From: Terriglobia bacterium
GTDB lineage: Bacteria; Acidobacteriota; Terriglobia; UBA7540
NCBI GenBank assembly: GCA_035277665.1
Contig: DATEKC010000148.1
Coordinates: 3,164 to 67,163 of the forward strand
Reading direction: 5' to 3'
Length of the DNA: 64,000 nt
A program made the position numbers and the translations under genes. Of the stretch, positions 46,931-55,114 are shown piece by piece. The notes under the pieces are model-generated. The model ran no database searches, was not told the origin of the DNA, and worked only from the letters and a program-made list of their open reading frames with translations. Positions within the stretch are counted from its first letter, which is position 1; the number at the start of each line of letters is the position of its first letter.

Positions 46931-48172
46931 TTATTTGGACGCAACTTCTTCGCCACTTCTCCCATTCTTCCGGCGCTCCACCAGGGAGCGGAGAAACCAG
47001 AGAATCGTATGCAAACCGAAAAAGGTAAAGACCGCCAGCATCAGGAAATTCATAAAGCGCGCCGTGTAATAAAGTCCCGGGTAATGCGTGCTGTCGCGAG
47101 GGTTGGCGTGCGGATCGTATGACACAAAGCCCTTCGAGACGTTTTCATGGCATTGCCCGCAGGTCTTTTGCAGGTTTGCCGGGGCAATGGAGGATTCCGG
47201 GTCAGACGCCGGGAGAATCTCGTGGGCGTGGTGGCAATTCCAGCAGCGGGCTGTCACCACGAAGCCCAGCGCCGTCACCTGGCCGTGGAAAGTGTCCTGA
47301 TAAGTGGCCGCCCGGGCGGAGTGGCAACTTCCGCATCTGGATGTCGTCTTTAACTGAAAGGAGGCTGTCCGCACACTCACAATGGAATGTGCCGTATGAC
47401 AATTGGTGCAGACAGGCACCTCGGAATTGCCGGCGCGCAAGCCCTTCCCATGAGCGCCACGGAAATATTTTGCCTCAATCCCGGCATGGCAGGCGCCGCA
47501 CGTCGCCGGAATATTCTTGCGTGACACGGGGCTGTGCGGGTTATTGGGAGCCAGAATTTTGTGCGCCCCATGGCAGCTTGTGCAGGTGGCGGCGACCAGC
47601 AGACCGTCGCGGGTTAGCGCAAATCCATGGATGGAATCGATGTAGAGCGAATAAACATTCGGCAGGCCGTACTCCCTGGCCAGGCGGGGATTTCCATGAC
47701 AGGTGCCGCACGTACGTGGAAGGTTCAGCGCATAGACCGGCGAACGGGAGTCATGCACAGAAACGACGGCGTGCGGGTCCCCGTGGCAGTTCAGGCACGC
47801 CGATGAAGAAGGGTCCTTCATCACCAGGTGATGAACGCTCACTTGAAAATCCGAGTCGGCGCTGGCATGGCAGCCGGCGCATGCAACCGTCTTGACCGGC
47901 AGTTTGTGAGGGAATTCCGTGACGCCGGAGTGGCAAGCCTGGCAGCCCAGCGCGCTGTGGACGGAAGTACTGAATACCTTCGGATCAACGGAAGCGCTGT
48001 GACCTTTAGAATCTTTGAAGCCCGCCTCACCGTGGCAGGCCAGGCAGTCGCTGCTCGATAGAGAGCCGGAACCCTCTGCCCAGCTTACGGATGCGAGCAC
48101 AAGCAATGCAACCGACACCCCGACGCACCGCTGCCAAGCGTTCATGTTGAGCCGTTGTTTCGAGGGAGTCAA
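46931..48172 (-). CDS. Undecaheme c-type cytochrome with a C-terminal membrane anchor
   Basis: Signal peptide, then 11 CXXCH motifs (CLACH, CQACH, CAGCH, CLNCH, CGTCH, CTSCH, CGACH, CTNCH, CGSCH, CWNCH, CGQCH). Terminal TM helix FMNFLMLAVFTFFGLHTILWFL. Confidence 0.9.
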   Translation of the reverse strand: MTPSKQRLNMNAWQRCVGVSVALLVLASVSWAEGSGSLSSSDCLACHGEAGFKDSKGHSASVDPKVFSTSVHSALGCQACHSGVTEFPHKLPVKTVACAGCHASADSDFQVSVHHLVMKDPSSSACLNCHGDPHAVVSVHDSRSPVYALNLPRTCGTCHGNPRLAREYGLPNVYSLYIDSIHGFALTRDGLLVAATCTSCHGAHKILAPNNPHSPVSRKNIPATCGACHAGIEAKYFRGAHGKGLRAGNSEVPVCTNCHTAHSIVSVRTASFQLKTTSRCGSCHSARAATYQDTFHGQVTALGFVVTARCWNCHHAHEILPASDPESSIAPANLQKTCGQCHENVSKGFVSYDPHANPRDSTHYPGLYYTARFMNFLMLAVFTFFGLHTILWFLRSLVERRKNGRSGEEVASK

Positions 48173-48175
48173 AAC

Positions 48176-48457
48176 TCATCCCGGCAATTTGGCGCCTTGC
48201 TGCCACACGAATTGCAGATACAGGGCTCCAATCACCAGGCCATAAACCACAACGATGGCGGTCAGGATCTTCCCCCACCGCTCGATGACTTCCAGTCTAT
48301 GGCTGAGTTTGACCTGGGCGGCGACCTGGGGTGCATCGCCGTCCAGAACATGAAGAGTTTCGTCTTCGTGGCTGGCCATCATATTCCGATAGATGGCCAG
48401 CACCCCCACCACTACCGCAAGAGGGATCCATGTTGCAAGATAGAACGTGAGGTTCAT
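48176..48457 (-). CDS. Small two-TM membrane protein
   Basis: 93 aa with hydrophobic helices at both ends. It is tightly packed between cytochrome genes (3-nt gap downstream). No family recognised. Confidence 0.5.
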   Translation of the reverse strand: MNLTFYLATWIPLAVVVGVLAIYRNMMASHEDETLHVLDGDAPQVAAQVKLSHRLEVIERWGKILTAIVVVYGLVIGALYLQFVWQQGAKLPG

Positions 48458-48514
48458 ACTAACCTCCAGTCGCGATTTCTGCGTGTCTCTGATCCGGGAA
48501 AATTCCCGGAGCGG

Positions 48515-48745
48515 CTACTGGCCTGCCTTGGCCGCAGATTCGCAAGCCTTCAGGTCTTTCTTCTTGGCATAGCATTTGCCTACATCGTTCAGGTCTTTTT
48601 GTCCCATTTTCACGTGGCACGTGGTACACGAAGTTTTTTCCTTCTTCGCAATTTCCATGGTGCCAGATGAAGAAATGGAAGACATCGCAAGGGCCACGCC
48701 CAGGGTGATGCCGAATACTGCAAGCTTCCTGATGGTGCTCATCAT
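48515..48745 (-). CDS. Small exported monoheme c-type cytochrome
   Basis: GGAGG 5 nt before ATG 48745. Signal MMSTIRKLAVFGITLGVALAMS, single CTTCH, Lys-rich. Confidence 0.65.
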   Translation of the reverse strand: MMSTIRKLAVFGITLGVALAMSSISSSGTMEIAKKEKTSCTTCHVKMGQKDLNDVGKCYAKKKDLKACESAAKAGQ

Positions 48746-48797
48746 GATTACCTCCGAACGCATCCGGCAGGTGATGGCGCAAGTTCTGAATCGTTCC

Positions 48798-49151
48798 TTA
48801 CTTCTTCTTGCCCAACTGGTGAATATAGGCTACAAGGTCGTCAATTTCTTCCTTGGAAAGCTGGCTGCCATAGCCCGGCATGATCCCTTTGCCGTTGGCG
48901 ATGAAGCTGTGAAGGTCAGCGTTCGACATGGACTGCACAGCCTTCGAGCGCAGGTCGGGAACCTTCATGTTCTTACCCATGGGACTGTTTCCACTGCCGT
49001 CCTTCGCATGACACATTGCGCACTTGGCATCAAATGTGGGTGCAGCGTCTTTGGCCTGGGCCCTGTAGGCTGGAGTCAGAAGCCATGCGCCGGCCAGCAG
49101 GGCTGAGAAAATTGCAAGTGCTGCAGTGTTAACGACCTTGTTCATTATCAT
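48798..49151 (-). CDS. Class I monoheme cytochrome c (c551/c6/MtoD-like)
   Basis: Signal peptide, CAMCH, distal GIMPGY Met ligand context, and a C-terminal helix EEIDDLVAYIHQL. Confidence 0.85.
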   Translation of the reverse strand: MIMNKVVNTAALAIFSALLAGAWLLTPAYRAQAKDAAPTFDAKCAMCHAKDGSGNSPMGKNMKVPDLRSKAVQSMSNADLHSFIANGKGIMPGYGSQLSKEEIDDLVAYIHQLGKKK

Positions 49152-49238
49152 TTCCTCCTTGTGACATTCCTCTTTGGGAAACCACGCTTCAATAAATCAT
49201 CCTTTGTTTCCGGTCCAATTTCAACCGGCCTGTTACTG

Positions 49239-51254
49239 CTAAAAGTCACGCGTCCAGCGAATCATCAATATGTTGGCGCCAAAATTGTTGGCGCTGATCG
49301 GGTAGAGCTGTTGGGTGTAATAGGTGCGCTGCAGGTCAACAGAAAGCCTGCCGGCCCCGGGGATATTGAAGTAAACCGTGCCCGTGCCGAGCGGCCAGGT
49401 CAACGGCCCGTAAACGGGAGAGATCCCGCCCTCTTCACCTTGACCGGTGGTGCGGACAAAATTCCCGGTAAAGCTGATTCCGAAGTACTTCACGGGTTCA
49501 GCAGCTAGCCCGCCCTGCCAGACGCGGTTGAGGGCCTGGTCGCGAAGCGGGAACGGCGTCCCGGCGACAGGCACGCCGCGCTGGTAGGCGATGATGCCGG
49601 TAGCCAGTTCATTATCGTAGGTGAAACCACCAAACACCGAGTATTTCGGGCTAAAGGTGTACGTCAGCATCGTGGCGTTGGACTGGACTTTGCCCTCAAA
49701 CTGCGTCTCCAACAGCCTCTGACTCACCGTATAGATCTCATCGCTCAGAGTGAACTTGCTCGTCAGGTGGGCGTTCGCAACCACGCGCCCGGTGGTATTG
49801 GTGTGCGCGGTCAGCGCGGTGTAGGAAGCGCCATTATTGTAGGTGTGGATCTCGCCCCGCACATCGAACCACTTCGAGGGACGATAGAAGGCGCTGAGAG
49901 CGGGCGACACGGCGCGGTTCCGGAGCGTGCGTGCGGGATCGGCCTCACCGTCCTCCAGGACCTCGGCATCGGACTTGTACATCGTGACCCCGGGGCTGAT
50001 TACCAGGTTGTTGAGGGGCGTGAAGATCATTTTGAGGCTGCCCTCGTGAAGGCCGAATTTCCAGTTATTGGCATTCTCCTCGCTCGAAGCTACCGGAAGA
50101 GCAGCAACTCCTCCCGTGATTGCCGTGAATGTGCTGGTGAAGGTGCCGGTGGCCTCAGTTGTAAACCTCGAATAGCGGTAATCCAGGTCGATGTCCCACC
50201 AGGGCTTGATATGAAACGTTAAACCCTGCTCCGCAATATTGTTCGGTTCGCTGACTTGTACCCGCCCGCTTTGAGACACGGTGTAGGTTGTTGGCGGATT
50301 GACGCCGCTGAATGACTGGTCAAGGGTGGCAGGTCCACTGTAACGGTAAAAGAGGTAACTGCCGCGGACTTCCACCCAGGAATTTGGATTTCCGGTGTAG
50401 GAAAATTCACTGACCGGCGTCGTCAGCCTCCGGAAATCGGTCCATGACGCCGCCGTGAGGGGCGCGCCGGCCGTTCCAGCTATGGACAGCTCGCCCGGAG
50501 AAGTCGGGTTCAGTGTGATATTGTCGTCAAAAGTCTGGTAACCAACGTTGTAGTGGAAATTCCAATTGTTCCAGGTGTAGTCGATGCCTCCCGCAATGCG
50601 GTTGGCATTATCAAATGTGGGTGCGTATAAAGAATAGGCGTTGGCACGAGCATAGCCGCCCCAGCTTCCCGGCGAGTCCAGAAAATCCGGAGAGAACGTC
50701 GTGAAGGTCGGACCGGTGAACGATGTCTTGTAATACTGGAAGTGGAATCGCAGGTTGTTGGTGGCATGCACCGTAAAATCAACGGACCCGATTTTGCGCA
50801 CCGTGGACCAATCGTGATTATTGGTGAGCCCGGGCACGTTGAGCGTCGGAAGAATGACTCCGTCGTTCTGGTTCCAGTAGAAGTATGACTGGCGCCAGCT
50901 GGCGCGGAAATCGTAGACCTTGGATTTGGACAGAGTAAGCTGGGCGCCGGGATAAGGGTCGCCGCCCATGCCACTCATGGTGAGCGAAAAATCGTTGGCA
51001 AAAGCATTAGGATCGTTATTGTGTCCGAACAGGCTGAAGTCCATGAGCCGGGGTCCGCTCTTCAGGTCAAAAAGCTCCTCAAACATCGGCTCATAACCTT
51101 TCACATCTGTGAAGCGGTACCCCACGCTGGCGGAGCCCTGGACGCCGAAACCTCCCCACTGGAGTTGAGGTTCGCTCTGGTCCTGCGCCCTGAGCACAGG
51201 CAAACTTACCAGCAAAGCTAACACCAGGAAGAACAAGCTACGTCTGATTTTCAC
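49239..51254 (-). CDS. Large outer-membrane beta-barrel, MtrB/PioB-like (cytochrome-associated porin)
   Basis: GTG 51254 with GGAGG 6-7 nt upstream. Signal VKIRRSLFFLVLALLVSLPVLRAQ. About 670 aa of alternating-polarity strands rich in Y/F/T/N/G. C-terminal ...IRWTRDF ends in an aromatic residue. It lies 10 nt after the MtrA-like gene. Confidence 0.7.
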   Translation of the reverse strand: MKIRRSLFFLVLALLVSLPVLRAQDQSEPQLQWGGFGVQGSASVGYRFTDVKGYEPMFEELFDLKSGPRLMDFSLFGHNNDPNAFANDFSLTMSGMGGDPYPGAQLTLSKSKVYDFRASWRQSYFYWNQNDGVILPTLNVPGLTNNHDWSTVRKIGSVDFTVHATNNLRFHFQYYKTSFTGPTFTTFSPDFLDSPGSWGGYARANAYSLYAPTFDNANRIAGGIDYTWNNWNFHYNVGYQTFDDNITLNPTSPGELSIAGTAGAPLTAASWTDFRRLTTPVSEFSYTGNPNSWVEVRGSYLFYRYSGPATLDQSFSGVNPPTTYTVSQSGRVQVSEPNNIAEQGLTFHIKPWWDIDLDYRYSRFTTEATGTFTSTFTAITGGVAALPVASSEENANNWKFGLHEGSLKMIFTPLNNLVISPGVTMYKSDAEVLEDGEADPARTLRNRAVSPALSAFYRPSKWFDVRGEIHTYNNGASYTALTAHTNTTGRVVANAHLTSKFTLSDEIYTVSQRLLETQFEGKVQSNATMLTYTFSPKYSVFGGFTYDNELATGIIAYQRGVPVAGTPFPLRDQALNRVWQGGLAAEPVKYFGISFTGNFVRTTGQGEEGGISPVYGPLTWPLGTGTVYFNIPGAGRLSVDLQRTYYTQQLYPISANNFGANILMIRWTRDF

Positions 51255-51264
51255 GCGAAACCTC

Positions 51265-52662
51265 CTATCGCAGCAGGAACTCATCAAAGTTTGAGCCATG
51301 GATCGCCACATGGCAGCGTGTGCAGTCTCCGGAAGTCTGGAACCCGTGCCGGCCGTGCGGCACGTTGGCTTGACCGTGAAAACCACCATCGGCTCCATGT
51401 AGATCAACGTGGCATTGCAGGCACAGCAGCCGTTGCTCGCGCCGCTTCAGCAAGAAATTGTTCACGCTGCCGTGCGGAGTGTGGCAGGAGGTGCAGCCCT
51501 CCACTCTCACGACTGCGTGCTCAAAAACAAACGGACCGCGCTTTTCCACGTGGCATTTCACGCAACTCTCCCAGTTGGTCTTGTTCAACTGGAAGTGGTT
51601 CATGGTGCCGTGCGGGTTGTGGCAATCCGTGCACTTCATGAAGCCTTCGCCCACCCGGTGGTGTTCCGGCAGCGCGAATTGCGCCTGCACCGTCTGGTGG
51701 CAGCCGAAGCAGAGCTCGGGCTGCGGCTTCTTCAACAACCCATCCGTCAGCCAGGCGTTCTCCTCTTTCAGCCTGGGAACGGAGAAGAACGCGGCCTGGG
51801 CCGGCTGCAGCCTGGGCTTCCCGGCATCCGCCACTTCAACCGGATGGATGCTGTGGCAGTCAATGCAACCAACGCCCGCCGTGGCGTGTACTGAATGCGG
51901 GAAGGAATCCTGCGGTGTTCCGGTCTGGTGGCATTGCATGCACCGCTCCGAGTTTTCTTTGGGGCTGCCGCCGAACTTGTAGATCAGCTTCATGCCGGCT
52001 TCCATCTTTGTCGGGTCACCCGCAGCTTCCTGCTCGGCGTGCGCATGGGCGGCGCCCGGCCCGTGGCAGACTTCGCACCCGGTCACATGCCTGGGGCCTG
52101 AGGTGGCGGGGGCTTGCGCCGATTGGTTCTGGTCCTGCCCCTTCAGCGTCATCAGGTAATCAACCAGTTCGTTAAGACTCTTCGTGGGAGTGTCGGGAGG
52201 AAGCGTGGGCATGATGGTTCCAGCCCGCCGCTTGAGCATGCGGTCCATCAAATCCTCGTGGGTCCTGCGGGCACCCACATCGCCCAGGGCCGGGCCGGCC
52301 GTGCCGCCTTTGCCGCCTATCTGGTGGCAGCCTGCGCACATCATGTCGATGTAAAGCTTCCGGCCTGCCGCGACGGAGGGAGACTCCGCCGCTCCGGAGG
52401 AGGCTGGAGCAGCCTCGACTTCTCCGCCCTGCTCACCGTGAGGGGACTTGAAAAACTGACGGGCCTCCGCACGGTGGCAACCCGCGCAAACCTGCGGCCC
52501 CACATAATCATTGGGGTTGGTCTCCACAGGCGCCTTCCAGGCAACCGATGGCCCCTTGGCAGGGGCCGGCTGCCTCTGAGCGTAGAGAAATGCCGTTGGC
52601 AGGAATCCAGCCAGGCAGATCAACAACGCAGCGATCTTGATGGAACTCAGCAGTCGCTTCAT
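51265..52662 (-). CDS. Periplasmic multiheme cytochrome c, MtrA/DmsE-family-like (11 CXXCH including one class-I module)
   Basis: ATG 52662 with RBS GAGGGGA. Signal MKRLLSSIKIAALLICLAGFLPTAFLYA. Heme motifs CAGCH (twice), CEVCH, CMQCH, CIDCH, CFGCH, CTDCH, CVKCH, CTSCH, CLQCH and CTRCH. DmsE/MtrA-like contexts RGPFVFEH, GCTSCHTPHGS and CHVAIHGSN. Confidence 0.85.
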   Translation of the reverse strand: MKRLLSSIKIAALLICLAGFLPTAFLYAQRQPAPAKGPSVAWKAPVETNPNDYVGPQVCAGCHRAEARQFFKSPHGEQGGEVEAAPASSGAAESPSVAAGRKLYIDMMCAGCHQIGGKGGTAGPALGDVGARRTHEDLMDRMLKRRAGTIMPTLPPDTPTKSLNELVDYLMTLKGQDQNQSAQAPATSGPRHVTGCEVCHGPGAAHAHAEQEAAGDPTKMEAGMKLIYKFGGSPKENSERCMQCHQTGTPQDSFPHSVHATAGVGCIDCHSIHPVEVADAGKPRLQPAQAAFFSVPRLKEENAWLTDGLLKKPQPELCFGCHQTVQAQFALPEHHRVGEGFMKCTDCHNPHGTMNHFQLNKTNWESCVKCHVEKRGPFVFEHAVVRVEGCTSCHTPHGSVNNFLLKRREQRLLCLQCHVDLHGADGGFHGQANVPHGRHGFQTSGDCTRCHVAIHGSNFDEFLLR

Positions 52663-53286
52663 GTCGCTCTCCCCTCTTTCACATTGGTTGACCATTGAAC
52701 TCCTCTTCTCAGACAAACTAAGTCATCAACAACAGGTAACCCTTGTCTGGCTCATCGGCCCAATGCCCCGACGCCTTCAGCGGAAACGCCGGCGCCGGCG
52801 ACGCCCCAGCCGGGTCCCCGGCCGGAGCTATGCGCCTGGCTTGCGCGCGATTAAGGTTTGAACCTGAACTTTTGTGATTTGGCTCAGTTTGCGACCGTCC
52901 CCGACGGCTCATCGCTTCACCGGCAGTCTGAGAAGGAGCAGTTTGAACCAGACTCAAGGAAAAGCCGGATATATGAACCGACAGGAGGCTCGATTTGTGG
53001 CGAACGTCGCATACCGGATTCATGGTAGTGAAGTAATGAAAATATTTTATGTCGGTAATATTTTTGATTGCTCTCCTCGGCCTGAGAGAAGTTTTTCTGC
53101 AGGCAAGAGACATTTTCCTGGGGCTGGCATGGCATTCGGCTTTCGGAATTGTTCTCAATTCCATCTCAACGATCCCTATCGGGCTCGCCATGGTTCTTCG
53201 CCATATGAGCGGTCCCGACCTTACCTTCAAGTAACCATTTCTATCAGTCGGCCGACCACCCGGCAGTGAGCTTGCTCACGGTCGCG

Positions 53287-53302
53287 TGTGACCGAAATCA
53301 CA
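53287..53302. promoter_or_regulatory. Perfect CRP-type palindrome TGTGA-N6-TCACA
   Basis: TGTGAccgaaaTCACA read directly. It lies in the 1.1-kb non-coding region upstream of the cytochrome operon. Confidence 0.4.
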
Positions 53303-53812
53303 TAAAGGAGCTTGCGGCTGTTTCGGCCTTTGTTTTCATTCAATTCTGAAAGAATTACAGGTCGCTGGGTGGGTGAAAATTTTGAGGTTGTTTCGGGTCC
53401 CTATGTGACCTGGCGGCAATGGAAATAAAGGCTGCGGACACAGAGATTCAGGGAGAAGATTTCCCCGGCATCTGGGCTGATTTCCCTGTTGAGTTCAAGG
53501 AACAGTCAGCTTGGGACTGGCCCGAGGCCACGCCGCACAAAGCGAAGCTTTTCGATGAAAATTGGACGGACCTTCAGGTCGCCAGACGCACTGGTCCGAG
53601 GCCGAGTCCGGCCCAGGGGGTAATTTTCATTTTTGGCGGTTTTTTCTGCAGGCGGGTTGAAGGCAGGCAAGCCTGTTAGCCACCGGGCTTTATTCGCCCT
53701 GCTTGGAGTGCGGCAACGCCAGCACTGCCATGGAATCGAACAAGGCGGCAGATCTGCTGCCGCACTCCAGGAGCTTCGCCGTAAGCCGCATCAAAATGCC
53801 GGCCGCACAATA

Positions 53813-54181
53813 CTAGCCCGGCAGATGCGACTCCATCCGGCTGATAGCCTGCCGCAGCCAGGCCTTTACGGCTTCCTGCATCTGATTTTGATTTCCCTTT
53901 TCTTCCAGTCTCTCGACGGTTTGTCCGGATGAATCCAGTGGAATATGGTGGCAGGGCATCGGCGACACTCGACTGTCCTCGGGAACAAATTCCATCAGAG
54001 GGCACTCGCCGCAGGGGTGAACTCGATAGGGGTATCCATAATTGAGACAGGTGAGAGAGTCTGAAAACATCGTTGCCGCCGCACCCGATTGTAGTTTGTC
54101 CGGGGCCCCATATCCGCCGCGTTCAATAAACTCCAGCTCAGACTTCAAGATTTCCAGAATATCCTGCTGATCTTTGGGCAT
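53813..54181 (-). CDS. Hypothetical Cys/His-containing small protein
   Basis: AGGGGGA RBS 7 nt before ATG 54181. 122 aa with C-x13-C-x2-C ... C-H-H. No family recognised. Confidence 0.5.
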   Translation of the reverse strand: MPKDQQDILEILKSELEFIERGGYGAPDKLQSGAAATMFSDSLTCLNYGYPYRVHPCGECPLMEFVPEDSRVSPMPCHHIPLDSSGQTVERLEEKGNQNQMQEAVKAWLRQAISRMESHLPG

Positions 54182-54520
54182 AGCGTTTTCCCCCTTCGAA
54201 GTACTCCATTCGACATGGGCCACGCCACACGTGTCCTTCTGAGTGCGAAGCCTAAGACTCTTTAAGCGCTCAATCCGTGATGCCCGTCACACTGAGATGT
54301 GATTTTCGTAATGCACTGCGGGATTCGCACCATGGTTGTTTCCGCGCGAGACGGGCCAAAGATACACCCTGCCCTTCGCTTCAATCGACATCTCCTTCTC
54401 AGTCGCTGAAACTGCTTTAGTGGTCGCGCTCTGCTTCGGATTTCCGCCCAATTCTGGTCAGCGCTTCTGGCAAACTCGCGCCCGCCCCGGCCCACCTTAG
54501 CGAGCTTCCTGGTTCCGTCC

Positions 54521-54958
54521 TCACGCCGCGAGGGGCTCAAGAGCGGAGGTCGAAAAACAATTCCGGACAACTTCTGCAATTTCCTCACGAGGGTCCCATT
54601 TGCGCACAATGGCGGCCGCTCCCAGGTTCATAAAGTATTTTCTCATTTCAGGCATCAGTGAACTTTCCGTCAGGATGATCAGCGGCCGGTTCGCCACGGC
54701 GCGGATCTCGCCGAAGATTTCTTCGTGCTCAATGTCGCGAAGGTAGTCGTCCAGAAGGACGAGGTCAAACGCATTTGACCGCAATAAAGCCAGGCCTTCC
54801 TGGCCGCTCCAGGCTGTCATGGTTTCGTAGCCTTCGCTTTCAAGCAGGCCTTCCAGGGAAAGCAGCACGCGATCGTCGTCATCGATCACCAGAATCCGTT
54901 TTTTGGCAGTTTCTTCCCGCACCATGTCCTCCGGGCTGCAGTGCCTATGCTTCCGCAC
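54521..54958 (-). CDS. Single-domain response regulator (CheY-like)
   Basis: RILVIDDDD, FDLVLLDDYL and PLIILTES motifs. The start is GTG 54958 or ATG 54925. Confidence 0.8.
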   Translation of the reverse strand: MRKHRHCSPEDMVREETAKKRILVIDDDDRVLLSLEGLLESEGYETMTAWSGQEGLALLRSNAFDLVLLDDYLRDIEHEEIFGEIRAVANRPLIILTESSLMPEMRKYFMNLGAAAIVRKWDPREEIAEVVRNCFSTSALEPLAA

Positions 54959-55114
54959 TTCAAGGATGCGCCGCGGCCGGCGCTATCGCGGTGACTCAGG
55001 TCACGCCCTGCTGTGACAGGAGCAGGCAGCGCGATTCGCGGGGATGCGCTGCTGGAATAAATGAGGACCAGAGGATATTCCCTCTGGTCCCCGAATTTTC
55101 TGAACGGAGATGAA

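Noticed and set aside
52718-53230. 170-aa - strand ORF immediately upstream of the MtrA-like gene
   Set aside because: No RBS or signal, no motifs, low-complexity Arg/Ser/Pro-rich translation, and it spans an AT-rich block. It is treated as non-coding leader.
53419-53679. 86-aa + strand ORF downstream of the CRP-like site
   Set aside because: It has an acidic, Trp-rich N-half but no RBS and no recognisable fold. Its C-terminus runs into the convergent gene's terminator region. It is kept only as a possibility under the leader finding.
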